A stretch of 63,659 nucleotides of DNA, counting the filler, from Dimargaris cristalligena (taxonomy: Eukaryota): the NCBI GenBank assembly GCA_003614675.1. It is 13 parts of 13 records of this genome, joined end to end, with 100 filler letters (N's around TTAATTAATTAA, not from the genome) between each part and the next. Parts side by side here need not be neighbours in the genome. Positions count along the whole stretch, not along the records: positions 49,191 to 53,952 come from ML003730.1; positions 54,053 to 58,814 come from ML003731.1; positions 58,915 to 63,659 come from ML003732.1; 10 more parts are not named here. One strand, written 5' to 3'. The position numbers and the translations under genes are program-made. Of the stretch, positions 50,501 through 62,900 are shown in pieces (within the stretch, counting starts at the first letter, position 1; each line of letters begins with the position of its first letter). Under the pieces are notes generated by a model that searched no databases, was not told where the DNA came from, and saw only the letters and a program-made list of their open reading frames with translations.

Positions 50501-51499
50501 TATAATATTTATATTTTTGCAAAAACAATCTCCTCAAGTTCATTGGCTATGCCTATACCTTTCATTTTTATTTGTATTATATATATATATTGATAATATG
50601 AGAGAGGCCCAGTCCAGCTGTATAATGCATATTGCACTTAGAAAAATCGACTGCAGAGGTTAAAAAGAACCCCGTGGCCTATTTTGGACTCTATATTTTA
50701 AACTTAACACTATCCATTTTTGTTGGATCTAAAGGTATAAGTTTTGGCTTTTATGGATGCGATGTAGGGTTACTTATATATTGACTGATGTTTTAACTTC
50801 TCCGACAGGCGCTGCACCCAAGATACATCCTTCAACAACTCAAATGTTTCCAGGAAACATACACCTCGTTAGGAAGACAGTGTACAAGAACCCCATTAGT
50901 GTGGTTAAGATAAAGGGAATCCTTCATGGATTACTGAGAATTGAAGGTTCAAAGGTTATGTGCATGAGGTGGGTGAATATTTTAGCTGGAAGAATGACCC
51001 TTGTTGTCATTTGAATGACGGCAATAAAATGTAAGGGGCAAAAAGGCTAGCTGATTCTCTCCTGTGTATAATATTCACTATAAGACATTCATGAATATAA
51101 GAAGGATAGGATATCCATTTCTAAATAGGTCCAACTAATTCGAAGCCTTTTATGCAAAGAGTAACAATGAATCTTTTATATATACGTCATGAATTGCTAT
51201 CTTTTATAACTGTAAAATGATAAAGTTAAGTGTATAATCACTGAGAAGTTGAAAAGAGAGACCAGCATAAATAAGGGAATGCAAAAATCATGTTACTGCA
51301 CAGGGGTGGAATTTTGTACAGTTGTATGAGGCTTTAAATGATATGGGTATGTGATAATAGGCAGGATATTTAGGAGAGAAATTCAATTGGGCTGTATTAT
51401 AGTATATAGCTAAGAGGGACTTGGGGACTGGAGGAGAGCTACCATGTGTGGATATAAGGGGGGGGGGGTTTGGGGGTCATATATAATAAGTTTAGAGTT

Positions 51500-52088
51500 T
51501 ATTACCAAGGTAAACTACTCTTAGTCTGCTAAGAGTCCCAAGGATAGGCTTTTAATAGTAGGTGAGGCTTAGACTTAGCCAAGTGGACTATTAGCATCAG
51601 GTATAGGGTAAAGTACTAACTAATAAAAGCTAAGTGGTAATTATATATAAGGGATATGCAGTAGTTATACTTACTAGTAAATATGGGTGGAGTAAATATA
51701 TATAGTATTTATTAGGAGAAAATTAAGAGTTGGAATATATTAAGGAATCCAACTGGTCCCACTAGGGCCCAGTTATATATATATAAGGACAACTCCAGAG
51801 GGAGGTCCTAAGGGAAGGATACCACTAAGGCTAGGGTATAGGTAAAAAGGCTAACCAGATAACTGTTAGTATCTGGAAGACTCTGCTGGTAACTGGAAGA
51901 GTTTAATGGATAAGCACTTAAGTAATAAGTGTATGTAAGTAAAGTCTAGAAGGGAAAGGGTTATATAATAAATGATAATCCCGTAGTACTGGGGGTGACT
52001 ATGGGAAGGCTTATATAGTACTATAATGCCTTATATAGTCAGATGTCTAAGCCAGTGGGATTAAGGCAGATAAAATAGTCCAATAATT
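51500..52088 (-). mobile_element. LTR family A solo copy, heavily mutated (terminal TG changed to TA)
   Basis: Colinear with 39896-40485 along its length. Confidence 0.85.
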
Positions 52089-52425
52089 ATATAGCTAAGT
52101 GTAAAAAAAAGGGAGATAATTATTAAGATATATCAGGGTGGAGAGTTAAAGGGAGTATCCCATTGACTAGAAATTTGCAAGGTAGTAATTTTTTTTGCCC
52201 CACTAGAAGTAATGGTTCTTTTTTAAGATGTAGATATCATTTCATATAGGATGTTTCCGTAAGTTAGACTGATAAGTTCAAGTTAGAAATAATATGCATA
52301 ATTAGTTATAGTTCAACTAATTACCAACAGTGCTTTTGTAGTAAGGCCATACTGACTTCCTCTGATGTCCTTCACTGCAACTCAATGAATACATATCAGC
52401 TCAATACAATGGTACTAGACCATTA

Positions 52426-52568
52426 ATATGAGAGAGGTTTAGTACAGCTGCATAATGGAAAATATATTAAGTATGGCTGGCACTTCTAGTTGAATAGAAA
52501 TACACAACCTATTTGACCATACACGTTATTTAAGATCCTATATAGCTTGGCTAATTTTCACCTATATA
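52426..52568 (+). mobile_element. Diverged MITE copy
   Basis: ATATGAGAGAGGTT...CAGCTGCATAA...CCATACACG...TATATAGCTTGGCTAATTTTCACCTATAT. Confidence 0.65.
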
Positions 52569-53866
52569 GTACAAGGGAATTCACCAGTAGGAAAACCTAA
52601 TAATTGGGCAGTTTTAGATGGTGGGAGGGGGGCTGGCCGTGAACATAAAAATTATAACTATCGACAATAGTTGAAAATAGGGCTGTAGTATGCATGCTGA
52701 ATAGGACCCAATGAGGCCAAATAGCCATAGTGCCCATTGAATCGGGGTGGTAACTGTTCGGTGTTTGCATGGCGGAGGTGATTACCAAGCTGTGTACTGA
52801 GTAAGACATTCCCATTAATAAAACTAAGTGACATCCCGAGTACTGGGGTGGCCAGAATTGTCTGGTGGCTACAGAGCGAATTGGAGAAAAGAAAGGAATA
52901 GGGAAAATGGAAAATAGTGAGAGCTGCACAAGGTACAGCTTCTCATGTTATTTATTATGCCTTTAAGGGCTGACTATACATGCAAAGTGTGGGATGGTGT
53001 GAAAGTGCCGGTTTACCATCTGATTGCAAGCTGTTATAGCAGCACTATATGTTCAACTGTATTTGTGAGATAGGAAGAGTTCACAGCCGCTGCCCTCAAA
53101 TAATCTCCAGGGGGCTATAGTTCGGCTATCACGGAAGGTGCAGTTTGCAAAGGACACTTAGTGACTTGTATAGAAGAACGAAAGCTGCGAAATGGCAATA
53201 TTTAACCCCCACTGAATACAGGCGGGGGCCGGGTAATACTAGCCACAATAGTGCTCAATCCCAGTCCCAGTATAATCAGTGCTCCAAGCCACTCTTGTTC
53301 TATATGGTTGGTCATAACCAAGTGCAGGTACCTAGAATGGGCTATCAGAGGATACTATGGCCAGAGGAAACATATTTAGAGCTGTCTTACGGCACACTTC
53401 AACAGAAACTTTATTCCCACAAACACCCCCAATTCCAGATGAAACGATTACACTTAAAATAATAAGGCAGATTGACAATATAGAATATTATCCGTATTCC
53501 CATCAAATATGAAGTTAGGGCCCTCTTCCATTGTTCTCCAAAACAGCTGTAGTGTTTGGAAGATGCATCGCCCCTTAATAGCTATATTAACCATATGCCA
53601 ACCGCTCTTGACATTGTGCTAGCCGACCAATATATAGCCAACCCCTACGCCTGGCCCTTTCATGAATGCATTACTCGGTGTTCTTCGTCCACCCATCCCT
53701 ACCTATTTCCATTGCTTGACTACCAATCTAAACATTCGAATCCTTCTACATATCTACCTATTCTTTACCACTGGTGCCCTCAAGTAGCACCCTTCAAGTA
53801 TCTTACACAGTTCGTTAAATGTGCCCCTAATCCTAACCATGGCCCTGCATATTCTTTGGACGGCTC

Positions 53867-53952
53867 TATATGGGTGAAGTTCAGCTTGGTTGTATAAGGT
53901 TTTAACCAATATGTGTATGGGAAAATCGGTGGGATGTTTATTTTCAACCAGT
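53867..53952 (-). mobile_element. MITE copy cut by contig end
   Basis: TATATGGGTGAAGTTCAGCTTGGTTGTATAAGG...GTGTATGGGAAAAT. Confidence 0.75.
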
Positions 53953-55275
53953 NNNNNNNNNNNNNNNNNNNNNNNNNNNNNNNNNNNNNNNNNNNNTTAA
54001 TTAATTAANNNNNNNNNNNNNNNNNNNNNNNNNNNNNNNNNNNNNNNNNNNNTCGGTCGGGCCATGTCCGGCCCTTATACCTTCTCTTTGATTGTGCCGT
54101 ACTTTTATTTTTTGCTATTTTATACAAATACCATCGGTAGGGTAAAATGGGGAGTAATCGTCGTCCCTTCTAGATCCTCTATTATTCCCCTGTCTGCATA
54201 CCAATGCAGCCCCTCTTGCCCCCATTGTTCGTAACTTAGTCGTTCTTCGTTATTTAAAATCTAAACCAGTGTCTCATTATCAGGCCTGGTTGTCAAATTC
54301 GTTTTGGAAAAGACCATCTCACTCGTGAACCGCCGTTTAGTATTCAGCTGTGACTCTATTATCATTCGGCCATTTACTTCCCTTTTAGGGACCACTTCCA
54401 TTTTCTACTTTATTAATTACTTTGGTTTCCCATACTATCAATACAATGATACATTACTTACAAGTAGGTGCTGCTGACAGTGAATAATGGGAGCCCTTGA
54501 ATAAGTGGAGTTGAGTAAGGTGATTGTAAACTATCACTCGATACTTGAGCTGCCTTCTGCTCCAATAATTGATCTGCCATTAGCTAATAGGCAATTTTTA
54601 AAAAATCTCGGAGTTAACCCCAGTCTCCCCGCTAGTAGTTAGGACTCTTTAAATTATTATATAAAAATGCGCTTGACATTACATTTATCAATTGTCCTGT
54701 TGGTGTTAAATATGAATCGAGACACATGTTCGTTTTTTTAGAAACATGTTGCAAGTCGCGAGGATTGAATAAAGCTGGATGTTGTACTAATTCCATGTAT
54801 CCTGTACACACGTTTAAATAGTTAATTCATTTAGCATAACGCGCTAAATAAACTAGCGTAGATATAATTTTTTTAGCGTTTAAATCAGACCCCACTCTGC
54901 CATCTCTGCCTTGCAATCTTGGGCATTTCTGTGCCAGTCAACGCCACCCCCCTTCTAGATAGTATTGTGGTGGAAGCGTACTATACCCTCGTTGACTCTT
55001 CCGAATCTTGGAAAATCTCTTGCGCTGAAATAATCAGGCCAAATTACTTCCAAAATATATCCAACGCGACTTTATGAAGGACTCCGCGTAGTATCCTCTG
55101 TAAAGACACGCTTTTCTCCTACCCTTATTAAATTAGCGCTCGCACCTTAAGGCATTGGTCCACAGCGCCTCACCTGTACTACTATCCGAATCCAAATGGT
55201 GGTTTAATTAGCGGTTTCTCACATACTCCTCTATTGATTCCTTGGGTTTGTTTCCTTCCTTTGTGTTTGTCCGCC

Positions 55276-56421
55276 ATGTTCTTCCTTGTAAGTGACTCTG
55301 GCATTCCGACGGGCTCCTCTGAATCCATGTTCGCCCAGATGTACCCTTCCGGTCCGCTGGGTTACTATAAGTCCGTTACTCCCCGCGACCCGTCATTATG
55401 GGTCATTCAGGGCCTGCCATTCATCCACCTGCCTTTTTTTTTCTCACATTCATACATACACTTTGGCCCTCCCATAGAAAAAGCTCAAGCACACCATCAC
55501 ACTCCATCCCCGGTTCTTCGGGCCGGAAATGGAGGATTTCGTCAAGACTAAGCTCTACCAGGATGTCGAAGGGACTTGCACGGGGCGTTACGGGTACGTC
55601 ATCACGGTGGTGGAGGTGATTAAAATCAGCAAGGGTCGGCTGATTTCCGGACTGGGCTCCGCCGAATTCGAGGTGGAGTACCAGGCCATCGTGTTCAAAC
55701 CTTTCAAATACGAAGTACTGGATGGTATCGTGAAGAATGTCAGCAAAATGGGCTTCTTCGTGGATGTGGGCCCCCTGGTGGTCTTTGTGTCGAGTCACGC
55801 TATGCCCAGCGATATGAAATTCGACTCAACCGCTAATCCGCCCTGCTTCCAGTCCGATGAACAGGTAAATACAACATGAATTCCTTTAGGTTTGCTTTAT
55901 AAACCTGTTGTGAATACGATGCTTCGTCGCTTAGACATTGCAACCTATAAGGGTGCGAACTCTGCTTGTTGGAGTCCATGTCCAAGTTCTTAACCGGCAG
56001 CCCGCTTTTATATCCCTTGAATATCCCGGCCTTTCTAACCTCTCGTGTGAATGTGTTCTTTGGTACTTATGTTACTATATCCCTAGACTATTGATAAGGG
56101 CGCCCTGGTGCGGCTAAAAATCATGGGTTTAAAGATGGAACCGAACGACATTGTAAGTTTTTTTTTACTAACCATTGACCTGTAACCGAGGACCAATAAC
56201 TAATACTATAACTCCGGCTCATGAAGTGATCCTATTTCCCCTATGATTATAACCAAACATTCGGGAATACTCATGTCGTATAGAATGGCGCGATAATTAT
56301 TTACACATGTATTGACACCGCCTGTTCAAACCCCCACTATATCTCAACCTGACCTACCAATACCATCCAGCGGGCCATTGGCACGATCAAGGAGGACTAT
56401 TTGGGTATGATTGGTCATTAA
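55276..56421 (+). CDS. RPB7: RNA polymerase II subunit RPB7; exons 55276-55287, 55478-55864, 56087-56152, 56371-56421
   Basis: MFFL|KKLKHTITLHPRFFGP...VEGTCTGRYGYVI...FKPFKYEVLDG.V..V.KMGFF..VGPL.VFVSSH...AIGTIKEDYLG. Confidence 0.97.
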
Positions 56422-56757
56422 CCGGTGCGAAGCTGCCTGTCTGGATCATTTAGCTACCGTACCCACCACCGTTTACCTAGGAAATGGCTAGTCAGCGATT
56501 CAACCGGAATGACATTTTAGCCATATAGCTATATATCTCTCAATTATGCGTACATTATTTTTAGTCCAGCCCAACCGCTTTGCGGTCTTTTTTTTTTCTA
56601 ATTGATTCCCGTGAAAAGAATATCCCGTAGAATTATTTCTATGTTTACATTAATCTATAAATACACCAACTTTTGCCAATCGTAAACTTCGATAGAGAAC
56701 CGTGGTCTATTGTCAGGAATGGTTGCACACATGGATTGTGCCAAATTTTCCCTTTCT

Positions 56758-58320
56758 TTAGTACCCGAGGTGCTGTTTACGGAGTTCTTTGGCAGCCCGG
56801 CGGATCTGGACCCACTCAGCTGAGACGGCTGGTACGACGGCGGGGTCGTCGATCCAAGCAGCAATGGCATCCTTATAAGCAACCTCTTTTGCTTCAAAAA
56901 GGTGGCGCTGGCCACCTTCTTCCAGACCCTGGATTTCTTGGTGGTACAAGCGCCGCATGATGGTTTCTTCTGGAAGTAGTGTTTGGCCGGCGTAGACACT
57001 AGCCACCAAATGGCCCTGATAATAAGCCATGGGAAAGGGGGCAATTCGGGACATTAAGGACAGGAAACACAATGTTGGGATGGGTAGATAGAACAGCTGG
57101 AAAAACAGGTTGTGCACTTGGCGACCGGAAGTGATTAGAGTTGTCTCCGGTGAAGGATGGGGCAGCTTCTCCTGCTGGTGGTGGTCGGACTGGCTATGCC
57201 CCCAAGGGCGTGGGGGATCGTACAACTGGGGTAAAAATGGAACTGAATAGAGATAGCCGGTGGCAAACACCACCACATCCGGCAACGGGATTGAGCGCCC
57301 GTCGGCGAATCGGACCCTACGGTTGTCGGGGTCAAATCCGACTAGAGCCGCACAGGGAACGAAGGGGGCACGTTGGGCCACACCGTCGGACTCCTGCGCC
57401 TGTTGAGCGTCAAACTGATCAACCGAGAATATCTGGTCGGCGTTTCGAGTGGAGTGGTATACTTGACGGGCGAAGGGCAGGATTTCTCGGATGATATCAT
57501 GCCCAGACGGACCACCCCCGATGACCAGGACAGTGCGATCGGAGGCAGTGGTGGAGGCTAGTTTATACTGGCGGGAGTGAATTAATTGGCAATGGGAATC
57601 ATTCTGGGCCACTTCACGGAGGCCGGGAAGATCAGGAACGTAGGGGACGTTAAAGTGGCCCGTACAGACCACGACAGCGTCGAATTGCTCAGTCCGCGTG
57701 GTGGGAGTTGAGTGTGATGACGTGGCCGCAACCGCAGTGGCTGTGGTTGCGAGCTCACAGTGCCATGTTTGAATAGTTTCCGTCCACTCCAGAAGGATCG
57801 CCCGAGTATTAAACTCAATTAGGCTACCCAAGTCTTTGTCATGTACATAAGTCCGTAGATATTGGAGAACGGCTGAATGATGGGGAAAGTCCGGTACTTG
57901 ATTAGAAAACGGCTGATCCGGGAAACACATGACATTGGTGGGTAGGTTGGTGTGTAAGTCGTGGTAAATATTACCTACAAAGCAGTCGTTCTTGGAGGTA
58001 GGGGTATCGGGTGTGGGCCCGTAGGGGTCAACCGATGGAAACGTGACGCTGTCGTCCACTTGGTCGGAGTAGTTCCAGGTCCCCCCGGGGTGGGAGTTTT
58101 GTTCAAACACTTGAATGGTTGTAAACGGCTCAGGTTGGCCCTGTTGCTGGGCCCGCTGGTTCGCCTCACGTAGGGCGAAGGCACAAGCCAACCCAGTGGG
58201 TCCGGCACCAATAATGGCGACCCGGCGTATAGGGTGCGGCCACCGGTACGGTAGGGCCCGGCAGGTGTTACGGAACGTCGGTAAGTGGGCCTGGAACTCT
58301 TCATAAAAGGACGGTGACAT
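56758..58320 (-). CDS. Flavin-containing monooxygenase (FMO1-like)
   Basis: VAIIGAGPTG, FEQ....GGTW, Y..L.TNLP..VM.F.D.PF, DAVVVCTGH, IHSRQYK, VIGGGPSG.D, ATGY. Confidence 0.93.
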   Translation of the reverse strand: MSPSFYEEFQAHLPTFRNTCRALPYRWPHPIRRVAIIGAGPTGLACAFALREANQRAQQQGQPEPFTTIQVFEQNSHPGGTWNYSDQVDDSVTFPSVDPYGPTPDTPTSKNDCFVGNIYHDLHTNLPTNVMCFPDQPFSNQVPDFPHHSAVLQYLRTYVHDKDLGSLIEFNTRAILLEWTETIQTWHCELATTATAVAATSSHSTPTTRTEQFDAVVVCTGHFNVPYVPDLPGLREVAQNDSHCQLIHSRQYKLASTTASDRTVLVIGGGPSGHDIIREILPFARQVYHSTRNADQIFSVDQFDAQQAQESDGVAQRAPFVPCAALVGFDPDNRRVRFADGRSIPLPDVVVFATGYLYSVPFLPQLYDPPRPWGHSQSDHHQQEKLPHPSPETTLITSGRQVHNLFFQLFYLPIPTLCFLSLMSRIAPFPMAYYQGHLVASVYAGQTLLPEETIMRRLYHQEIQGLEEGGQRHLFEAKEVAYKDAIAAWIDDPAVVPAVSAEWVQIRRAAKELRKQHLGY

Positions 58321-59904
58321 AGGGCTGGCTGGATAGAGGAATAGAAGGGGGGAGAGTTAAGCGGCTGGGCCAGTGGTGGAATATACAGTTCGAGTTGAGA
58401 AGAGTCGCAATGGCAATGGGCTGACCTAAGGAACTTTGGCAGTCAAAAGGGATACTGGATATAATAAGGTAGCGTGCTTCAGGGAGAGCTGAGCGGAGGT
58501 CGGGGGAACTTGAGGGGGGGCTTCGTGCACCTTGTTTAGTTGCCCTAATAACTAAAAAGTCCTTACTCCCTGCCCCTCAAAATGTAGGAGGCACACCACC
58601 TTTCGGCGGGACCTGGCTCTGAACCTTAGAGAGTGACAGAATAGAGGAGAGAGGGACCCATCTCGTTGATTCTCTCACCTCCCTTACTCACCCCATCATC
58701 AACTGACTGGTTGGTCGATTGGTCTGATAAAAAGATATATAGATAGCCAGAGAAGAGAGGGGAGGGGCTGCGTGGTTAATCCTCACCAGCGGCGACGTAT
58801 TTCGGGTTCATAGTNNNNNNNNNNNNNNNNNNNNNNNNNNNNNNNNNNNNNNNNNNNNTTAATTAATTAANNNNNNNNNNNNNNNNNNNNNNNNNNNNNN
58901 NNNNNNNNNNNNNNACAAGTCGCAGAGTCCCAATCCACAATACCGGCTAATTTATTAATAAAAGGGGTATAATTGCCAGCATTTAGTACTATTGGTGGGG
59001 TGATATCTATCAGATGGTACCAATGCTGTTTTGCTTCACATTTCGTCTTCGCCCGCTGTTTATGGAACTAGTATGTTAAATTCTCTTTTATAAGTTTTGA
59101 CAGCCGTTCATTTTTGAATGAATATCATCACCATTTCTCATTGTAAGACACTGGGCACGGTGTTGGTTTTTGGATCGGATATTAATTGGCAATAGCTCAA
59201 AGGAATAGGGACGGCGGCTCAATGTTGACCCAGGTACACAGGATAAGGCCAGTGTGGGGAGAAGAGTTCGTAGTGCGCTCGATTACTTGGTCCTCCCCTA
59301 GTGGATCCATTTCGCGTATACTACCATTACAACTCCAGTCAACCCAAACTAACAGCGCCCCTGGTTTAATGTGGTACCGGGCCATTGACGCTCAGCCCCG
59401 TGTCTGATTAATGCCACAACAAATCGGGGCCAGCCCCTTTCTGTCGTGCGTTATGCCCACTATTCTATTTAAACGTAAGTCCCGCTGTTCAATCTATTCG
59501 CTAGTTTGTCAAAATACTGATTTTTCTCGCTGATTTGGAGTTGGCCCGTAGTCAATCCTAGTTTACAAAGGCGCCCTTTAACAACTAATAATGTCTATTC
59601 ACTCCTATAAATCATACAGCCTGCCTGCCTCGTTCTCGCCAGTTTCACATTAGCTATTCCGTAATATATTCGAATTTCATTAGCCTAGTTTAGTATACTA
59701 TCACTCCATTGGTTTCATCCCAGTGGTCCCTGACTCTATTATCGCACCAAATACATTCTCTTTGGCTAGTCTCAATATTCTTCAGCCTCCTACTATAATT
59801 ATTTTACCAATTAAATATACTCCACCAAGGTCCACCCGGCGTCTACATACCCCCTGAACCCCGAACCATCAGGCAACGGAGCCAGTGTACTTGGCCTTAC
59901 TTAC

Positions 59905-62900
59905 ATGGATCGAGTCAGCTCAACAGCAGACTCCATTCCGCCTCGGTCACCTGCACATTCTCCCGTTTCAACCCCGCCCGACCCAGCCCAAACAACTCCG
60001 CATGGCTCTCCTCCACACTCCCTTAGACGCCGCCCAAAGGCCCTCCCAGACCGGCTACGCCCCCACCGCTCCCGGTTAGTATTCCGCCCGCCCAGCCGTA
60101 CCCCATGGCGCTACCCTTCGGCTCGTCATTCCCCAAGCGCCCTCCGGAAACCTCGGTCGTTTCCGGCTCATTCAGCGCACTCGTCCATGGAATCCGTCAG
60201 TGCCCACCCCATGTCGTCGGAATCAATGTCCGGTTATTTCGACATGTCCACCCAGCCTGTGGGCGTGTCCTCGTACAGGTCGGAGGAACCTCATCCCTCG
60301 TCCGAAGGCCGCGAGTCCCCAGAACGTATCCATTCTTCGTGGGCGACTGCACTCCATCCACGAAACAGCAGCCCAGCTAGTCAATTCCAAGGTAGTCCAC
60401 CATTGCAGCCCCTTCACCCACAGGCACCCCTGGCCCGGGTCTGGAGTTCCCGAACCACTCATTCGACGGGTCAGTTGTCGGCCCACCCGGCAGATCCCAC
60501 AGGCCCCCAAACCTACGATATGCGCCACTATCCGACTAGTCCTGTAAAACTCATAACCGAGCTGCATCCGGAACCTAGGCCCTCCCCTGGGGAACCGAAC
60601 CAATTCACCTGGCACAGCCAGGATCACCCCCTCCGCTCGCGCCATTCTAATACAGCCCACACCCCGTCCTGGCGGCGGTCATATGATTATAATCATTCGG
60701 ATTCGTCTTCCCGATCCTCATCATTGTCTTCCCCACCACTAACATCGCCACCACCACCACCACCAAGGTGCTGGGCCCAGCTGCGGGCCTCTCTGTCTGC
60801 AGAAGCCCAGGTCGTAATTGCCCGTCTGCGCCCCCCGGGGGCCATGACCAGGTTGATCCGCTCCGTTTTAACGTTTGCCATATCAACTCTCTTCATTCTG
60901 ATCAGTAGCATCGAGAAATGGATTGGCAAGTATTCGTATCTTTTGCCTTTTTCCACTATATTTCTCTGTTCCGCTCCGACTATCGGGGCCCATGTGGAAG
61001 CTATGGTCTTGGCCTACATTGGACTGGCCCTCGCTTTCGGGTATAGCCTGCTAGGTAGGTTTGCCGCTGAGGAATGCAACCGCCGTTTTCTACAGAATGG
61101 CAACCACGGGGCCCGGGCCATTTTGGCCGTGTGGCTTTTCGTAGGGTTATTCCAAGTAAGCCTGTTCCGGGTGCGTAATAAACGTTACTACATCCCAAGT
61201 ATTCTATTTTGCTTCCCCCTGATTTTAACGATGACCGCCAAAGTGGACAACACTACCGGAGCCGTGGCCTTTGTATGGGCCTATTTTAAACCGCTTATAT
61301 TTGGCGCCAATATCGCTTTGGTTTCCGGTATCGTCTTCTTCCCCGTTTCGGCCATTTTCGTCCTGGAGAAGCACGTTCTAACTGTCATGTGCCGGGTTCT
61401 CAAAGTGTTAGATATCACCACCAAAGCCTTCCTACTGCGGGACTCATCTGCCATCCTGACACCCCAGCAGTTCGGTGCTCAAATGGCCAATGTTCGCCAG
61501 GCCATGTCGGCTTTAAAGGAGGCTGCTCTCGAAGCCAAGTATGAAATATCCTACTCCAACCACAAGCCCGAGGATTTTGACGCCATCCAAAATACCCTGC
61601 TCCTCATCTCGCAGCATCTAGGAAGTATGACACTGTCCGCCCAAAATGAGCGCTATTTGATGAACGCCCGGGTCTTTCTGGACCAGCGCACGACGTGTAA
61701 CGAGCCTACGGGACACCCGCCCGATTTGGTCCTGCCACTGCCCAGGAGTGACGATGGGGAGTCTACGCCCGTGACCGAGCAGTCTAGTGGGATGTATCCA
61801 TATACCCCGGCAGTCACCATGTCCGCTTGCCCTTCTAGACCGTCGTCATTCCAGGCTGGACCTGGTCTACATACGCCTTCAGTCATGTCCTTGGATCAGC
61901 CTGCTTTGATACGTCGGAAACCTAGCGTGCCCAAGGAGCTGGCCAAAGCCGATCGGAAAATTTTCATGCAGCTTTTGCATAGCTTCGGGCCGTCCATCCA
62001 GGAACTTTCCTACCTCTGTGAATTGACACTTGACCGGTGCGTTCACCAGTTTATCAAAAACTGCGAAGGCTTCATTCAGTCCAGCGCGACGGTGCGCATA
62101 GTGAACGAGTTGCCAGACGACCTACTGATTCACAACTACTCCGTTATCGAAGCCAGGTACCAGAAGCGAGCCGGGGATCAATCCCACGGGTTTTTTGTGA
62201 ATCTCTATCGTCATCTCATAGGGTTACATACGGAGTCAGAAGAGGCGAAGCTATCGTCATCGGAGGTACCCCATCATGGAAAACCGGCTCCCCCTGCTGC
62301 GGAAAGGGGAAGTCCTCGACCCGAACCCGAGTCTCCATCGACCCACCCACGAACCAGTGCCAGCAGTGTATCCATTGAGATTGATGACCAGGGTAATTTC
62401 AATCGGGTTGTCCGGCCCCGACGCCTATCCCAATTGTTTGCGGGACCGAGGATGGATGTCCCAGAGAATCCAGCCGTCCCTGGGGGCGAGAAGGCCGCCG
62501 AGGCAACATCAGGTGGAGAAGGCTCACCCACCCCGGCCCCAGCGCCAAGTCCCTCTCACTCTGAACGCCCAGAAAATCAAATCCCCCATCCCGTTCGGTC
62601 CAACGACCCCCTATCCGATGCGGATATGCAGGACTTTGTCAATCAAATCCAACAAGCCATCGCCCGATTCGATAAATTGGAGGTAACGGCCATTCGCAAA
62701 GTATACCGGCACACCATGAACGTGGTGGGCCCTACTGGGCCTCGGGATTCGCATCGGGAACCCGGGGGTACTGGGGATGGCCCATCCGACTCGGGCAACC
62801 CCGCCTTGCCATTCGAAGAGCCACGGGAGGAGGCCTTTCTGATTTTCTTTTTCTTATTCAGTCTCCGCGAAGTCGCCCTCCTTCTGTCAACCTTAGTAAC

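Noticed and set aside
4750-58914. Regularly spaced TTAATTAATTAA motif and apparent gene neighbourhoods across it
   Set aside because: Artificial all-frame-stop spacer between length-sorted contigs; adjacency across spacers has no biological meaning, so no cluster linking NRPS, ABC, FMO or lipase can be claimed.
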